A stretch of 64,000 nt of DNA from Octopus vulgaris. Its lineage: Eukaryota. The position numbers and the translations under genes are program-made. The stretch lies in the NCBI GenBank assembly GCA_951406725.2, contig OX597819.1, positions 108,438,001 through 108,502,000 of the forward strand, given 5' to 3'. Shown piece after piece: positions 52,126 through 64,000 of this stretch (positions within the stretch are counted from its first letter, which is position 1; every line of letters starts with the position of its first letter). The notes under the pieces are model-generated. The model worked only from the letters and a program-made list of their open reading frames with translations. It was not told the origin of the DNA and searched no databases.

Positions 52126-55100
52126 TGAGTAGTTTTAAATTAGGTGGATTATTAGGGATCATAAGAAACATCATTTAGTGCCATAATGTCTAGCTCCTCC
52201 AAAGGGGAGAGATACAGACTATCACCCATTAGCAGAGACAGTGATACTGATTATCTCCCCAAATAATCCAACAGCTGTGCAGACTGTCAGTCAAGTGAAC
52301 ATGTTTCTTCACCAAAATTGGATTTGATCCAATGAGGAAGTGTCTTTGGTGTTGTTTCACCTGCTTGAAAAAGTTACCAAATTCCCATCAACTCGCTTTG
52401 TACCATTTTATAAAATGCATTGGATAATATGTACATGGATATGCAAGATGATGGAACAGTCACAGGAGCATCTTTCATCATCATCGTTTAACGTCTGTTT
52501 TCCATGCTAGCATGGGTTGGACGGTTCGACTAGGGTCTGGGAAGCCAGGAGGCTGCACCAGGCTCCAGTCTGATCTGGCAGTGTTTCTACAGCTGGATTT
52601 GGTATAATGAATCATTTAAAATAGTAAGTAGATTTTATCCATCATTTGATTTAGCATCCCTACCTGGCCATTAGGTTCTTTTAGTCAAGCCCTCTCTATT
52701 TGGGGCAGGTCCCCTGTGTAAGAATAACTCCCTCCTTTGAGTCTCACCAGCTTTGTAAAGGGGCATAAGCACTACTCTTTTTCCTCACTAAACAATAATG
52801 TGTTTAGTTTGATAGTAGCCACTTGGTAATGTAGGTGTAAAAATGCTAGTAGAGTGAAATAGGGATGTTGGTGGTATAACATTGATGATGGTTATGGAGT
52901 AGTGATTACTATTAAACATGGGTTTAAAGATGTCAGGTGCAGAACAAACCTGACAGATACTCCTCTCTCTCCTTCCTGTCACAATAAGAAGACAACTCTG
53001 AATATTTAGAAAAAAATTTATTTTGGACACATTGTCCTTATTTTGATACACACACACTGTACAATATGCTGTATACATATGCACATACTAAACATGCTGC
53101 ACACATACACACTGCAGAAATCATTGGTGATACAAATTTCAGTTGTTTGGCCAAACTCACACACACTCTGCAAAGAGATGCGGTCTACACCTGCAGGTAC
53201 ATCCTACTAGACATGCCAATAGCTCATACACACACACGCACAAACATAGCAATACATTTATGGTTTTTAGTATGTTATATACATCAGATGAGATTTCTTT
53301 TATATACACTGCTGTTTTTTTTTACATATTTTTGAAAAAGTGTCAATGCTTACAACTAATTTCACCCTTTCACTTCCAATAACTGAGGCTGGGACTTCTA
53401 CCTAGTTAAAATTGTCAGTTATATGCACATACATCGTACTTACATAAAACACTTGAACTAGCAAGGAAACCACTATGGTCATTTGGACTACAAGAAACAA
53501 CAGCCTAATGTCCATTAAATCACATCATACCAACTTTAAGAAGATACTTAATACATTGGATAATGTATGTAGTATTAGATGTGTGTATGTGTAGTCCTTG
53601 TAAATAGAAAAAAATAGATGGAATGGTCATATCAGGAATGCTTTTGATCACAAGTTTGCTCTGTCTGGTCCAGCTTGGGGTCAAAATGAGGACAACACCA
53701 CCACACCATGTATATGTAAAAAAAACGACATACATGAACACAAACACAGATTCATAAATACATGAATATACATAGATATAGGTGTGTCTATGTGGTTTGG
53801 GGTTCTATGCCACTGTATGGTACCTTGAGGAAGTGTCTTATATGGCTTCAAGCTAAATGCTCACAAGAGTAAAATTGGTACTTGGAAACTGTATAGAAGC
53901 CTGTTGTGTGCATGAATTTTTATATACTGCATCTTTGCATGACAATCTGAGCAACAACGATGTCATCTTTGCATTCCTTGTAAACAATATGTCAAAAATC
54001 AGTGGAATATAAAGTCACTTTCTTGAAAAGCAGTGTAAGGGTGGCAACAGAAAGGATGTCCAACCGTAAAGCACTGCTTCAATAAGTCTCCATCCAACTC
54101 AAGCCCACATGGAAAAATGAATGTAAAAGAAGTTAACAGTCTCATAGACAAGTAGACATAAATATGCATGCACACACACACATTACAATTGCAGCAAGTC
54201 ATATAACATGCTAGAAATAGCAGTCAAATCTTACTATATTGTCTTTAAAAAGATATTGGATAATGTAGTCATAGATACACTATACTTGGGAAAAGACAAG
54301 ATGTTTATAGCTGGATCAAGACTGATCTACAGATAAACAACAATCAAGACAGTTTTCCAATCACAGTGTGTACTGCAACAGTAATGTTTCCATTGTGCTG
54401 AATCTTCTTGTCCTCCACTTCTCAACATGACCCCTCCATAAGTATATTGCCTGATGATAAGACTATCACATTTAATGCCAGTTTCACCTCATACAATAGA
54501 GCTCTGTTCTGCTCCATTTGTCTCCAGTGTATCACAACTGACTTAGGGCTAAACCACAATGAGCAGACCCAGACCGACCATTAAGTAAAATAAGCATGTG
54601 CTTTCAACATCAAAAGTTTTTCCTGGATTTACAGAAATTAATAAAAAAAGTCTAAAAGATTTGCATTTTCCCCCGTTGTTTTAGTTCTTTGTTTATATTG
54701 CATAATACTTTTCATTGTTAAATGAATAAAAAATTTTTTTTTTAATTTGAATTTTAGTTCTGGAGGATGGCCTTGAAGAAACTGAATTTTTTAAACTATT
54801 TCACATTGAAAGACAATAGAATGTGGCATGAGCAATATTTGACTGCTATTTCTTGCAAGCTTGAGTGACTGTAGTCTCAATTGTTGGTTCAGAAATAAGT
54901 TGAGTGTGACTATCTGACTGATTGAGTAATTGAGATTGCATTATCAAATTTAAGCAAGACAGAAATTTTAATACCCATGTCTCTCCATCAATGACATAAG
55001 TGATTTTAGTAAGATCACAGTATTCTGCTAATAGTTTTCTTGGTCAACAGCATTCAAGCCATATCCTTATCAACTGTGACCTTTCTCTTTCAAAGACAAT

Positions 55101-55340
55101 GTAGTGCAATGTGAGGAAGATTTGACATAGAGAGCTTCTTTTTCCAGAGGCACACAAAGAGACATTTTTAGATGAGAAATATAAAGTTTCAATATTCATT
55201 TCTCAAGGTCATTAGTAATCATAAATGAATTCCTCAGTTTCAGACAAGAATTGGAACCATATCATTGACTTTAAACTGATGTGTACATCTCTACATGATT
55301 GCTAGAAATAGTAGTCAAATCTGATTCAAATCACCTTATA

Positions 55341-55804
55341 CAGTAATCACTTGCCATATTGCGGTTCACCTATTCCGCCCTCATTACATTGCGGATTTTT
55401 CTGGCTAATATATGTAAATTTATATCACGGGTTTCTGCGACTGATTGGTATTTATATTTTTTTAGATTTTAATTATTTCTGTAGTAAAATAAGCATTTTC
55501 ATGCCTAAAAATTAATAATACATAAAAGTAGAGTACAGTACTGCACTGTATAACACATTACTTTAAATGTATTAAAAGAAAATACATAGTGTACTGTAGA
55601 TGAGTAAACAAAGAATCATACATACGGTATGGAAAACGAAACTTGGGAGGTGAGTGTGTGGTATTGTGTTGCATTTATGTTAAAATAAATATATACAAAT
55701 TATAAAAATGATAAAAAATATATAAAGTACAGTACTGTTTCTACTTCACAGATTATCACGAGAGGTTTTGAAGCATAACACCCGCAATAGTTGAGGGATT
55801 ACTG
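55341..55804. mobile_element. Tigger/pogo-type MITE
   Basis: TA|cagtaatcacttgccatattgcg ... cgcaatagttgagggattactg|TA. Confidence 0.75.
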
Positions 55805-57405
55805 TATTGTCTTAAACATGAAAGTATACTCCAGATGTATTCCTTGAAATGCTTTTGATGATAGTTTTACTGGATCAGGGCTGACCTGGGGTTAAATACC
55901 AAAATAATCATCATAGATTTGACACACTTAGAGCTTACCTCTCATTCAACAAGTTATTTTACATCCACTTTCCATGTTGGTATGGGTTAGATGGGTCATC
56001 ATAACGTCAGCTCTTACAATTAGATTTGATTTTCCCTACATTATTTTATGTACTAAGTAAATAAGCTCAATGATTTATTTAAATATGCTAAGTTGGTACA
56101 AGACCAACAGTTTCTTAATTAGATACAAGGCTAACAGTTTTGGGGGGAAGGGATTAGCATATATCATCAACCCCAGTATTTGGCTGGTTCTCTCAAATGC
56201 CTTTCAGAGTTCTGAGGACAACAATATACGGCTTTGCTTATAGTAGTACACTTGACATGTGAGTATGTTATATATATGTATGTAAGGTAGTGATTTTGGC
56301 AGAATCATTGGTGTTGGATTGAATAACTTGGAATGTTCTATCACTGCTCAGAGTTCAAAATCCAACAAACCTAACTTTGTCTTTCATTCTGGTAATTAAT
56401 GTATGAAGAACTCTCTCTCTCTCTCTCTCAACAGTACCAGCTATGTTGTACCATGCCAAGGGTTGCGGGAGACCACTCACAGCATATATTTCTCCAGAAA
56501 TAGAGAGAAATAGCTATCTCCTCTTGTTGAAAACTGATATACTACAGGAACCATCCAAGGCTGGACTATTATATAGCAGATCATAGAATGGAAATGAATA
56601 ATATACTGTATCATCATCATCATTTTAATATCCACTTTTCCATGCTCACATGGGCTGGATGGAACTTGCTGAAATGAATTTTTTACAGCTGGATGCTCTT
56701 CTTGTTGCCAACCTTCACCTGTTTGTAAATAAGGAAATAATTACCATACCAAATGAAGGACACCTTGTGCATAATAGTGACATTCATTAGCAACTATCAC
56801 ACAAAGTCAAGACAAGATGACAGTCACACACACACATTATAAACATAGAATTTCAGTTTCCATCTACCAAACTCATTCACAAGGCTTTAGTCAACTGGGA
56901 CTATAGTAGTATGCACTTACCCAAGGTTCCTCTTAGTGGAACTGAACCTGAGATCAAGTGGTTAGACAGCAAACTTCTTCCTACACAGCCATACCTATGT
57001 CTATTGTTTGTGAGTGTGTATATGTATATATAATAATAATAATTCTTGGATGGAATTTATAAACATATAATGCATCGCTATACATGTTTCTGCAAATCAC
57101 GTCTCTTATTATCATATTTATCCCACATTATATTGCTACAGCTTGATGCATCCCCTACAAAATGGTTCACTAATCACTATCATTAGACTGTGGCTGGCAT
57201 AATAGAACAGGAGCTTTCTTTGCATATTCAAAATGTTTCCAATAAACAAATTTAAAAGATCATATATATATATATATACATACACACACACACATTGTAT
57301 GCTCTTCCTAGCAAGGGTTAACAACAAAAGTATTTGGCCATAAAATCCTGCCTTAAATAACTCCACATACAACTTAGGCCAGCACAGACACTAAACAATG
57401 TGTTC

Positions 57406-57450
<45 letters not shown>

Positions 57451-57953
57451 AGTACACAAACACATAAGCCAACGAATATGCCTCTACCTGGTTGCTTAAA
57501 TGTCCCTCAGAACACATCCTACAGTTGGAGAAAAAAGGGGTACATTCAATAATGTTATCTGGAATTTCTGGACATAATAAATGACAGGATGGTCACAGCT
57601 GGAACCTTTGGTCATCAGAGCTAAAAAAAAAAAATCAGCAACAATAATACTCGCACACATGCAAGTTGGAGAGAAAAATTATTTATTTTAAAATTAAAAT
57701 AAAAACAACTTCCGGTTTGAAAATAGTTTTGTTTGTTTCAAATAAAATTTTTAAAAAAAACAACAAATCCCACCCCTCCGTTTATTGCAATTTCAGTGTT
57801 AATGGGGGAAAAAACTAGTAAAATTAGGAAATGAAAATACATACACTAGCATTATACATATATATGTGTGTGTATGTGTGCATGCACGCACACAAACATG
57901 AACAAGTTTGTGTATATATACTTATATAAATATATACATGTACATGTGTGTAC

Positions 57954-57986
<33 letters not shown>

Positions 57987-58975
57987 AACATGTACAAATA
58001 TATCTATATAGATACATATATATACATACACATGTGCACGCACAAACCCACACACACATATATATATATATATAGAGAGAGAGAGCAATAATTCATAAAT
58101 ATGTATTTATATGTGTGTGTGCATATTTGTATGTATGTATGTATATATACACATGCACACACATACATACATATATATATATATAGTTGCTGTGCTGAAT
58201 CTGTAACAACAGAAAACTTGGAGTAGCATTGGAGTGAATGTTCGGCTTCAAATAAATAAACATTATATATATATATATATATATAATTCTAAAGCTTCTC
58301 TACACTTTTATCTTCCCTTGTATAATCTTCAAGACAACTTGGAGAACATGCAAATGTAGGGAAAAGTGAAGCAGCAAACTTTAGCTTTGAGTAAACTCTA
58401 GTATACATATTGACCATCTTCTTTGTTCATATTCATATTCTATACACACACATGGGTGATGAGTTGGCAGAGTAGCTAGAGCATTGGATAGAATGTCTTG
58501 TGATATTCATCCCAGCTTTCTGCACTCTGAATTCAAAACTTTCCAGGCTCAATAAATTAAATACCTGCCCAGTGTTGGGCTCGGATCTTCTCTCTCTCTC
58601 TGGAAGAGATCAGCTCAGGTCAGAAGTGGAGAGCAATGAGTTCTTCCAGACTTAAAATGCCCAAGACCTACTGTATGCTGTCCATCGTAACAACAGCCCT
58701 AAGCCATGCATATCTATTGTGTATGTGGGTGTGTGTATACAATTTTATATACAGCCTAGCACTGCAGGACACTCACTCCTTTCACCAGTAGCTGAGTGGA
58801 GATCATAACATTTATGGCAGCTTCCAACAGTATCACTCCCTCTAGTGGTACCAAGAAGCAGCACACATATATACACAAATATGTATACACATACATACAT
58901 TAAAATGTGCATGTGGCTACATGCATATTCTTCATCATTTAATGTCCATGCTGGTATGGATTGGATATATATATA

Positions 58976-59009
<34 letters not shown>

Positions 59010-59199
59010 CATACACACACACATATATATATAAAGACATGGCAGCTCTATATAATATTAGTATGGTGGGCAAAGGTGAAGAGGTAGGCATGGTATACAT
59101 TTCAACCATTACCCCACAATTGAGAGTCAGCAGAAGTCAGGTCAAATGACAATGGTTTATTAAAAAAAAATAGATTGAATATAAAATAACTATAAAATT

Positions 59200-59850
59200 A
59201 GTAATAATCAATCTAATTTTGTCTCAAAACCAGCAATTTTGAGAGGAATGGGTTGGTCAATTACATTGACTTCAGTGATCAACAGATTCTTATTTTATCG
59301 ACCCTGAAAGGATGAAAAGTAAAGTTGACCTCAGCAGAATTTGAACTCAGAACATAAAGCACTAGAAGAAATGCTACTAAGCATTTTGCCCAGCATGGAT
59401 ACGATTCTGCCAGCTCACCATCATCATCATCATCATCATTTAATGTCTGCTTTCCATGCTAGCATGGGTTGGACGATTTGACTGAGGACTGGCTGCACCA
59501 GGTTCCAATCTGATCTGGCAGAGTTTCTACAGCTGGATGCCCTTCCTAACGCCAACCACTCTGAGAGTGTAGTGGGTGCTTTTACATGCCACCGGCATGA
59601 GGGCCAGTCAGGCGGTACTGGCAACAATAATCCCATCTTCTATAGGCACAAGGCCTGAAATTTTGCGGGAAATGGTGCTAGCTGATTATATCGACCCCAG
59701 TGATCAACTGATACTTATTTTATCGGCCCTGAAAGGATGAAAAGCAAAGTCGACCCTAGCAGAATTTGAACTCGGACTATAAAGCCAGAAGAAAATGCCA
59801 TTAAATATTTTGTCTGGTGTGTGCTAATGATTCTGCCAGGTTGCTGCCTT
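59200..59850 (-). mobile_element. Two SINE family C copies with a family A copy (59418-59625) between them
   Basis: cgaccctgaaaggatgaaa.gcaaagt.gacc core on both sides of a (CAT)n-tailed family A element. Confidence 0.7.
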
Positions 59851-59994
59851 AATGATGATGATGAGGGTGATAAGTTTCTTTAACGAAAGAGCAGTAAATT
59901 TGAAGTTGTACTGGTGGTGCTGGATGGGCAAAGCAATGGTTAACCAATGTTAGGTTCATACTGGTAGTTGTGGCTGTTGTAGTAGTTATCTTAT

Positions 59995-60030
<36 letters not shown>

Positions 60031-60533
60031 CAGTAGTAATCATCGTCTTGGTAGTAGTGGTGATTGAAGTATGAGTTTTAGTAATTGTAGTTACTTGGTA
60101 GTGATGGCGGTTGTTGTATTTAATGTCATAACACAGGTTATCATGGTGGTACTCACAATGCTAATAGCATTCTTGTTCATTCTTGCTGTTAGTGTTGGTT
60201 CTGCCATTGGAGATTACCCAACATGTAACAGCAGGCTGTATAGCTGAACACATACATAGTTCCTCTGAGAGATAGATAGATAGAGAGAGAAGGGGAAGAA
60301 TGATGATGATGATTTGGTTAGAGTAAAAAGGAGGTCTCATACATGAGAAAGACAGGGAGATACAATTGTGTACATGATAGAAAGAAAGAAACAGTGTATG
60401 GGAAAGAAAGAGTATGTGTTGAAAGGAGGAGAGTAGGTATATGAAGTGAAAGGAGAGCGAGAGCATAAGAGGTCAGCTGTTGGACTGACAGCAAACAGAC
60501 GTAGAGAAGAGTGTAATGTGAGTAAGGGTAGTT

Positions 60534-60654
60534 TTATTCCAAGCCCATCACCCAGTTGATACCCTGAACAACAACAATGATAACAGGTTGCCACACAATC
60601 ATGTAACGAATCCAATCGAGGAGACTGCCAAACAGAATGTGAGGTTTTTCCCAG
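60534..60654 (-). CDS. RNF121: RING finger protein 121 (RNF121/RNF175 family), terminal coding exon
   Basis: gttcag|C TGG...: (P)WEKPHILFGSLLDWIRYMIVWQPVIIVVVQGINWVMGLE*, matching the RNF121 C-terminus. Not called in this frame by the ORF track. Confidence 0.95.
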
Positions 60655-60668
60655 CTGAACAGACACGT

Positions 60669-60676
60669 GTCAAGGA
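60669..60676 (-). promoter_or_regulatory. U12-type branch point
   Basis: TCCTTGAC about 15 nt upstream of the acceptor AG, with no long pyrimidine tract. Confidence 0.85.
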
Positions 60677-60730
60677 TAAATGTAACATATATGTGGTTGT
60701 ATTACATAAAACTTTATATATATATATATA

Positions 60731-61122
60731 CTAGCAGTATCGCCCGGCGTTGCTCGGGTTTGTTTCGACCCTTTAGAATTGGAATTTTTAAAAAGTAAAA
60801 ATTTTGCATTATGTAGCTTGTTATTCTCTTTAAGTGAACATTTTTCTGGTTGAAATACACTGAAAAATGGCGACACAGCAGTAAAAAAATCGTAAAAAAT
60901 AGGGATTTTCATAGAAAAAAAGCACCTTTTTGATGTAAATAATATTTAGTGTTAACATAGTCGATTTGAATTTTTTCTTCTACGGAAGGAAGAGCAAGCC
61001 TTCTTCTATCATACTCTCAATTTTGGTCAACTTGCACCGCAGGGTCTTGGAGGAGATAGTTTTAGTTGAAGGCTTACCAAACCTGCCACACACAGACAAC
61101 TTCAGCTTTATATATAGAAAGA
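60731..61122 (-). mobile_element. Non-autonomous Helitron (392 bp)
   Basis: Minus strand A|TCTTTCTATATATAAAG ... cccg-agcaacgc-cggg hairpin, then CTAG|T; no TSD. Confidence 0.82.
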
Positions 61123-61356
61123 TATATATACATACACACACGTGTGTGTGTGTGTATTATAAGTCATGCTTGTTTGGTAAGTGATTTTATCTGAGATCTA
61201 TGTTGAAAATTAGACCATAAAGAGTCATTTTAACCATTTAAGGATACATGGGAACTGTTACATAAACCTTTTCTTTTAATTTCTTAATATGTACTTTCTA
61301 CTTTGTAGTATCAAAAAAGTTTAAGCCTTTCCTGCAGTATATCTGAGATACAGATA

Positions 61357-61605
61357 TCATCATCCTCATCATCGTTTAACGTCCGTTTTCCATGCTAGCA
61401 TGGGTTGGACAGTTCGACCGGGGTCTGGGAAGCCAGGAGGCTGTACCAGGCTCCAGTCTGATCTGGCAGTGTTTAAAGATGTTGAACGAACCACCCATGT
61501 TTCCAAAGGTGAATTATCATGCTTTTTACATGCCACTGGTGCAGGTGCCAGGGGAGGCTGGCAATGGCCACGATCAGTTGGTGCTTTTTACGTGCCACCG
61601 GCACG
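61357..61605 (-). mobile_element. SINE family A copy
   Basis: (CAT)n + gtttaacgtccgttttccatgctagcatggg core. Confidence 0.75.
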
Positions 61606-62516
61606 GATATGTGGTGAAATAAATAGTGACTGTGACAGTTTTTGAATTGTTAAAAGGCTAAAATGATTTTTCTTTGTATATTCCTGTAACCAGGAGAGTT
61701 CAGTGGGTCCAGATATCTACACTGGAATTCTATTCAAATAAAATCATTATCTAACATTCATTTTATTATTCTGTTTTTCACAAAACAGAGAGCTAATGGC
61801 AGATTTCATTTCAATTATTGAGACTCCTTTGATCAGAATCCTGGCTATACCAATAGATGTGTAGAGATTTGTTTGATGTTAATGGCTCCTACTGTCACTA
61901 CTTGGTGTTGTTGCTTGTGTATCCTTTATAACTTTTACTTGTTTCACTCATTGGACTGTGGTCATGCTGGAGCAACATCTTGAACGTTTTAGTCAAACCA
62001 ACACCAGCCAACCCTAGTTCTCAACCCATGGTGGGGAGGGAGGGATGCATGCATACATACATATGATGGCCGTCTTTCAATTTCTATCAATAAAATCCAT
62101 TCACTGGGCTTTGGTTAGCCAGGGATATAGTAGAAAGTACTTGGCTGAAGTGCCACACAGTGGGACTGAACCCAAGACCATATTATTGAGAAGCTAGCTT
62201 CTTATACACACAACCACACCTGTGCCTACATACTTATAATCAGTTCCTAAGCCCAATTTTAAATCAATTATATTACTCAGGAAATTAAAATTCAATTCTG
62301 AGAGTTAAAATTTTGCTTGGTGGTTTGTTCAACCACTAGCTGAATAAACCATCCAGCAAAAATAGAGCATCTAGTCAAAATTGAAGGCTGGTTTCAGGAC
62401 CTTGTATGTCACAGAGGAAATAACAAAGGATCAGGATGATGGGCAGTATACAGTTCTAAGGAAGACCCACCTACTTTGGTAAAACAGATTCTGGAAGTCC
62501 AATGAGATGAGTGTTT

Positions 62517-62557
<41 letters not shown>

Positions 62558-62789
62558 ACTAGATTCTCACCCAACCAACTTCTCTTCAAGGTATTCCCAG
62601 TACTCATTATCTCTCTTACTGCAATATTCTGCTACTGTAATTAAATATGAACAAAAATGTATACTTCACAAACGCTAAGAGTACAAGATGTTTATATGAC
62701 ACATTCTACCAGTATACAAAGTTTGAAAGTGTTTAGTTACAACAAATTATTTTCTAAATCTGTCAGTCAAAAGGTAAAGATCCCACAGC

Positions 62790-63650
62790 TGCTACTTGTT
62801 GTATCGACCCCGAAAGTATGAAAGGCAAAATTGACCATTGTGGAATTTGAACTCAAAATGTAGCAACAGGCAAAATGCCACAAAGCATTTCACCTGGCAT
62901 GCTAACAATTCTGCCAGCTTGCTACCATAATAATGGTTTCAAATTTTGCCACAATGGCAGCCATTTTGAGGGAGAGGATGTGTCAATTACATCGACCCCA
63001 GTGTTCAACTAGTACTTAATTTATCAACCCTGAAAGGATGAAAGGCAAAGTTGACTTCTGTGGAATTTGAACTCAGAACATAAAGAGGGACAAAATACTG
63101 CTAAGCACTTCATCTGGTATGCTAATGATTCTGCCAGCTCACCGCCATAATGATAATAATAATAATAATAATAATCCTTTCTACTAAAGACACAAGGCCT
63201 GAAATTTGATGGGGAGGGGACTAGTCAATTACATCAACCCCAGTGTTTCACTGATACTTAATTTATTGCCCCCAAAAGGATGAAAGGCAATGTCGACTTT
63301 GGTGGAATTTGAACTCGCAACAGAGCAACGGGTAAAATACCACAAAGCATTTCATCCAGTGCACTAACAATAATTTACCTTGTTGGAATTTGAACTCAGA
63401 ATGTAACAACAGGTGAAATACTGCTAAGCATTTCACCAAGCATGCTAACGATTCTGCCAGCTTGCCATCTTAGGCCAGCTCAGAGGCACAAAAACAAAAA
63501 TTTGAGTTCATTGATTGAATTGACCTAGTACATGACAGGTGCTATATTTTATCGACTCCAGAAGGCAAGGTCGACCATAGCAGGATTTAAATTCAGGTTG
63601 TAAAGGAATGGGTTGAAATACCATCAAGTATTTTGTCCTTTCTATCAGTT
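62790..63650 (-). mobile_element. Tandem cluster (~5 copies) of SINE family C
   Basis: Repeated gaaaggatgaaaggcaaa..ggaatttgaactcagaa..ctaagcattt..gattctgccagct. Confidence 0.75.
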
Positions 63651-63686
63651 CTATCATTCCACAGCCAACAACAACAATAATCATCA

Positions 63687-63998
<312 letters not shown>

Positions 63999-64000
63999 AA

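Overview
AT-rich, repeat-dense eukaryotic (animal) DNA. The SINE families and (TA)n/(GAT)n microsatellites suggest a cephalopod such as Octopus; this is inference. Two convergent spliced genes are present. The first is a complete BCL7-family (BAF/SWI-SNF subunit) gene on + (CDS 12094-46522), with a ~20-kb first intron, a frame-essential 23-nt microexon and a probable cassette exon. The second is the last two coding exons of RNF121 (RING E3 ligase) on -, both preceded by U12-type branch points. The rest is decayed mariner, pogo/Tigger, Helitron, RTE, CR1 and Penelope-like elements plus many SINEs. The most notable signal is four sequence-dissimilar fold-back (inverted-repeat) elements, each carrying a minimal hammerhead-ribozyme motif with a (near-)palindromic stem III. 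One is a near-perfect 582-bp palindrome holding a complete long-stem-II hammerhead on each strand. Two of these elements share BCL7 intron 1 with a decayed Penelope-like retroelement. Repeat boundaries are approximate; exon boundaries were read base by base.
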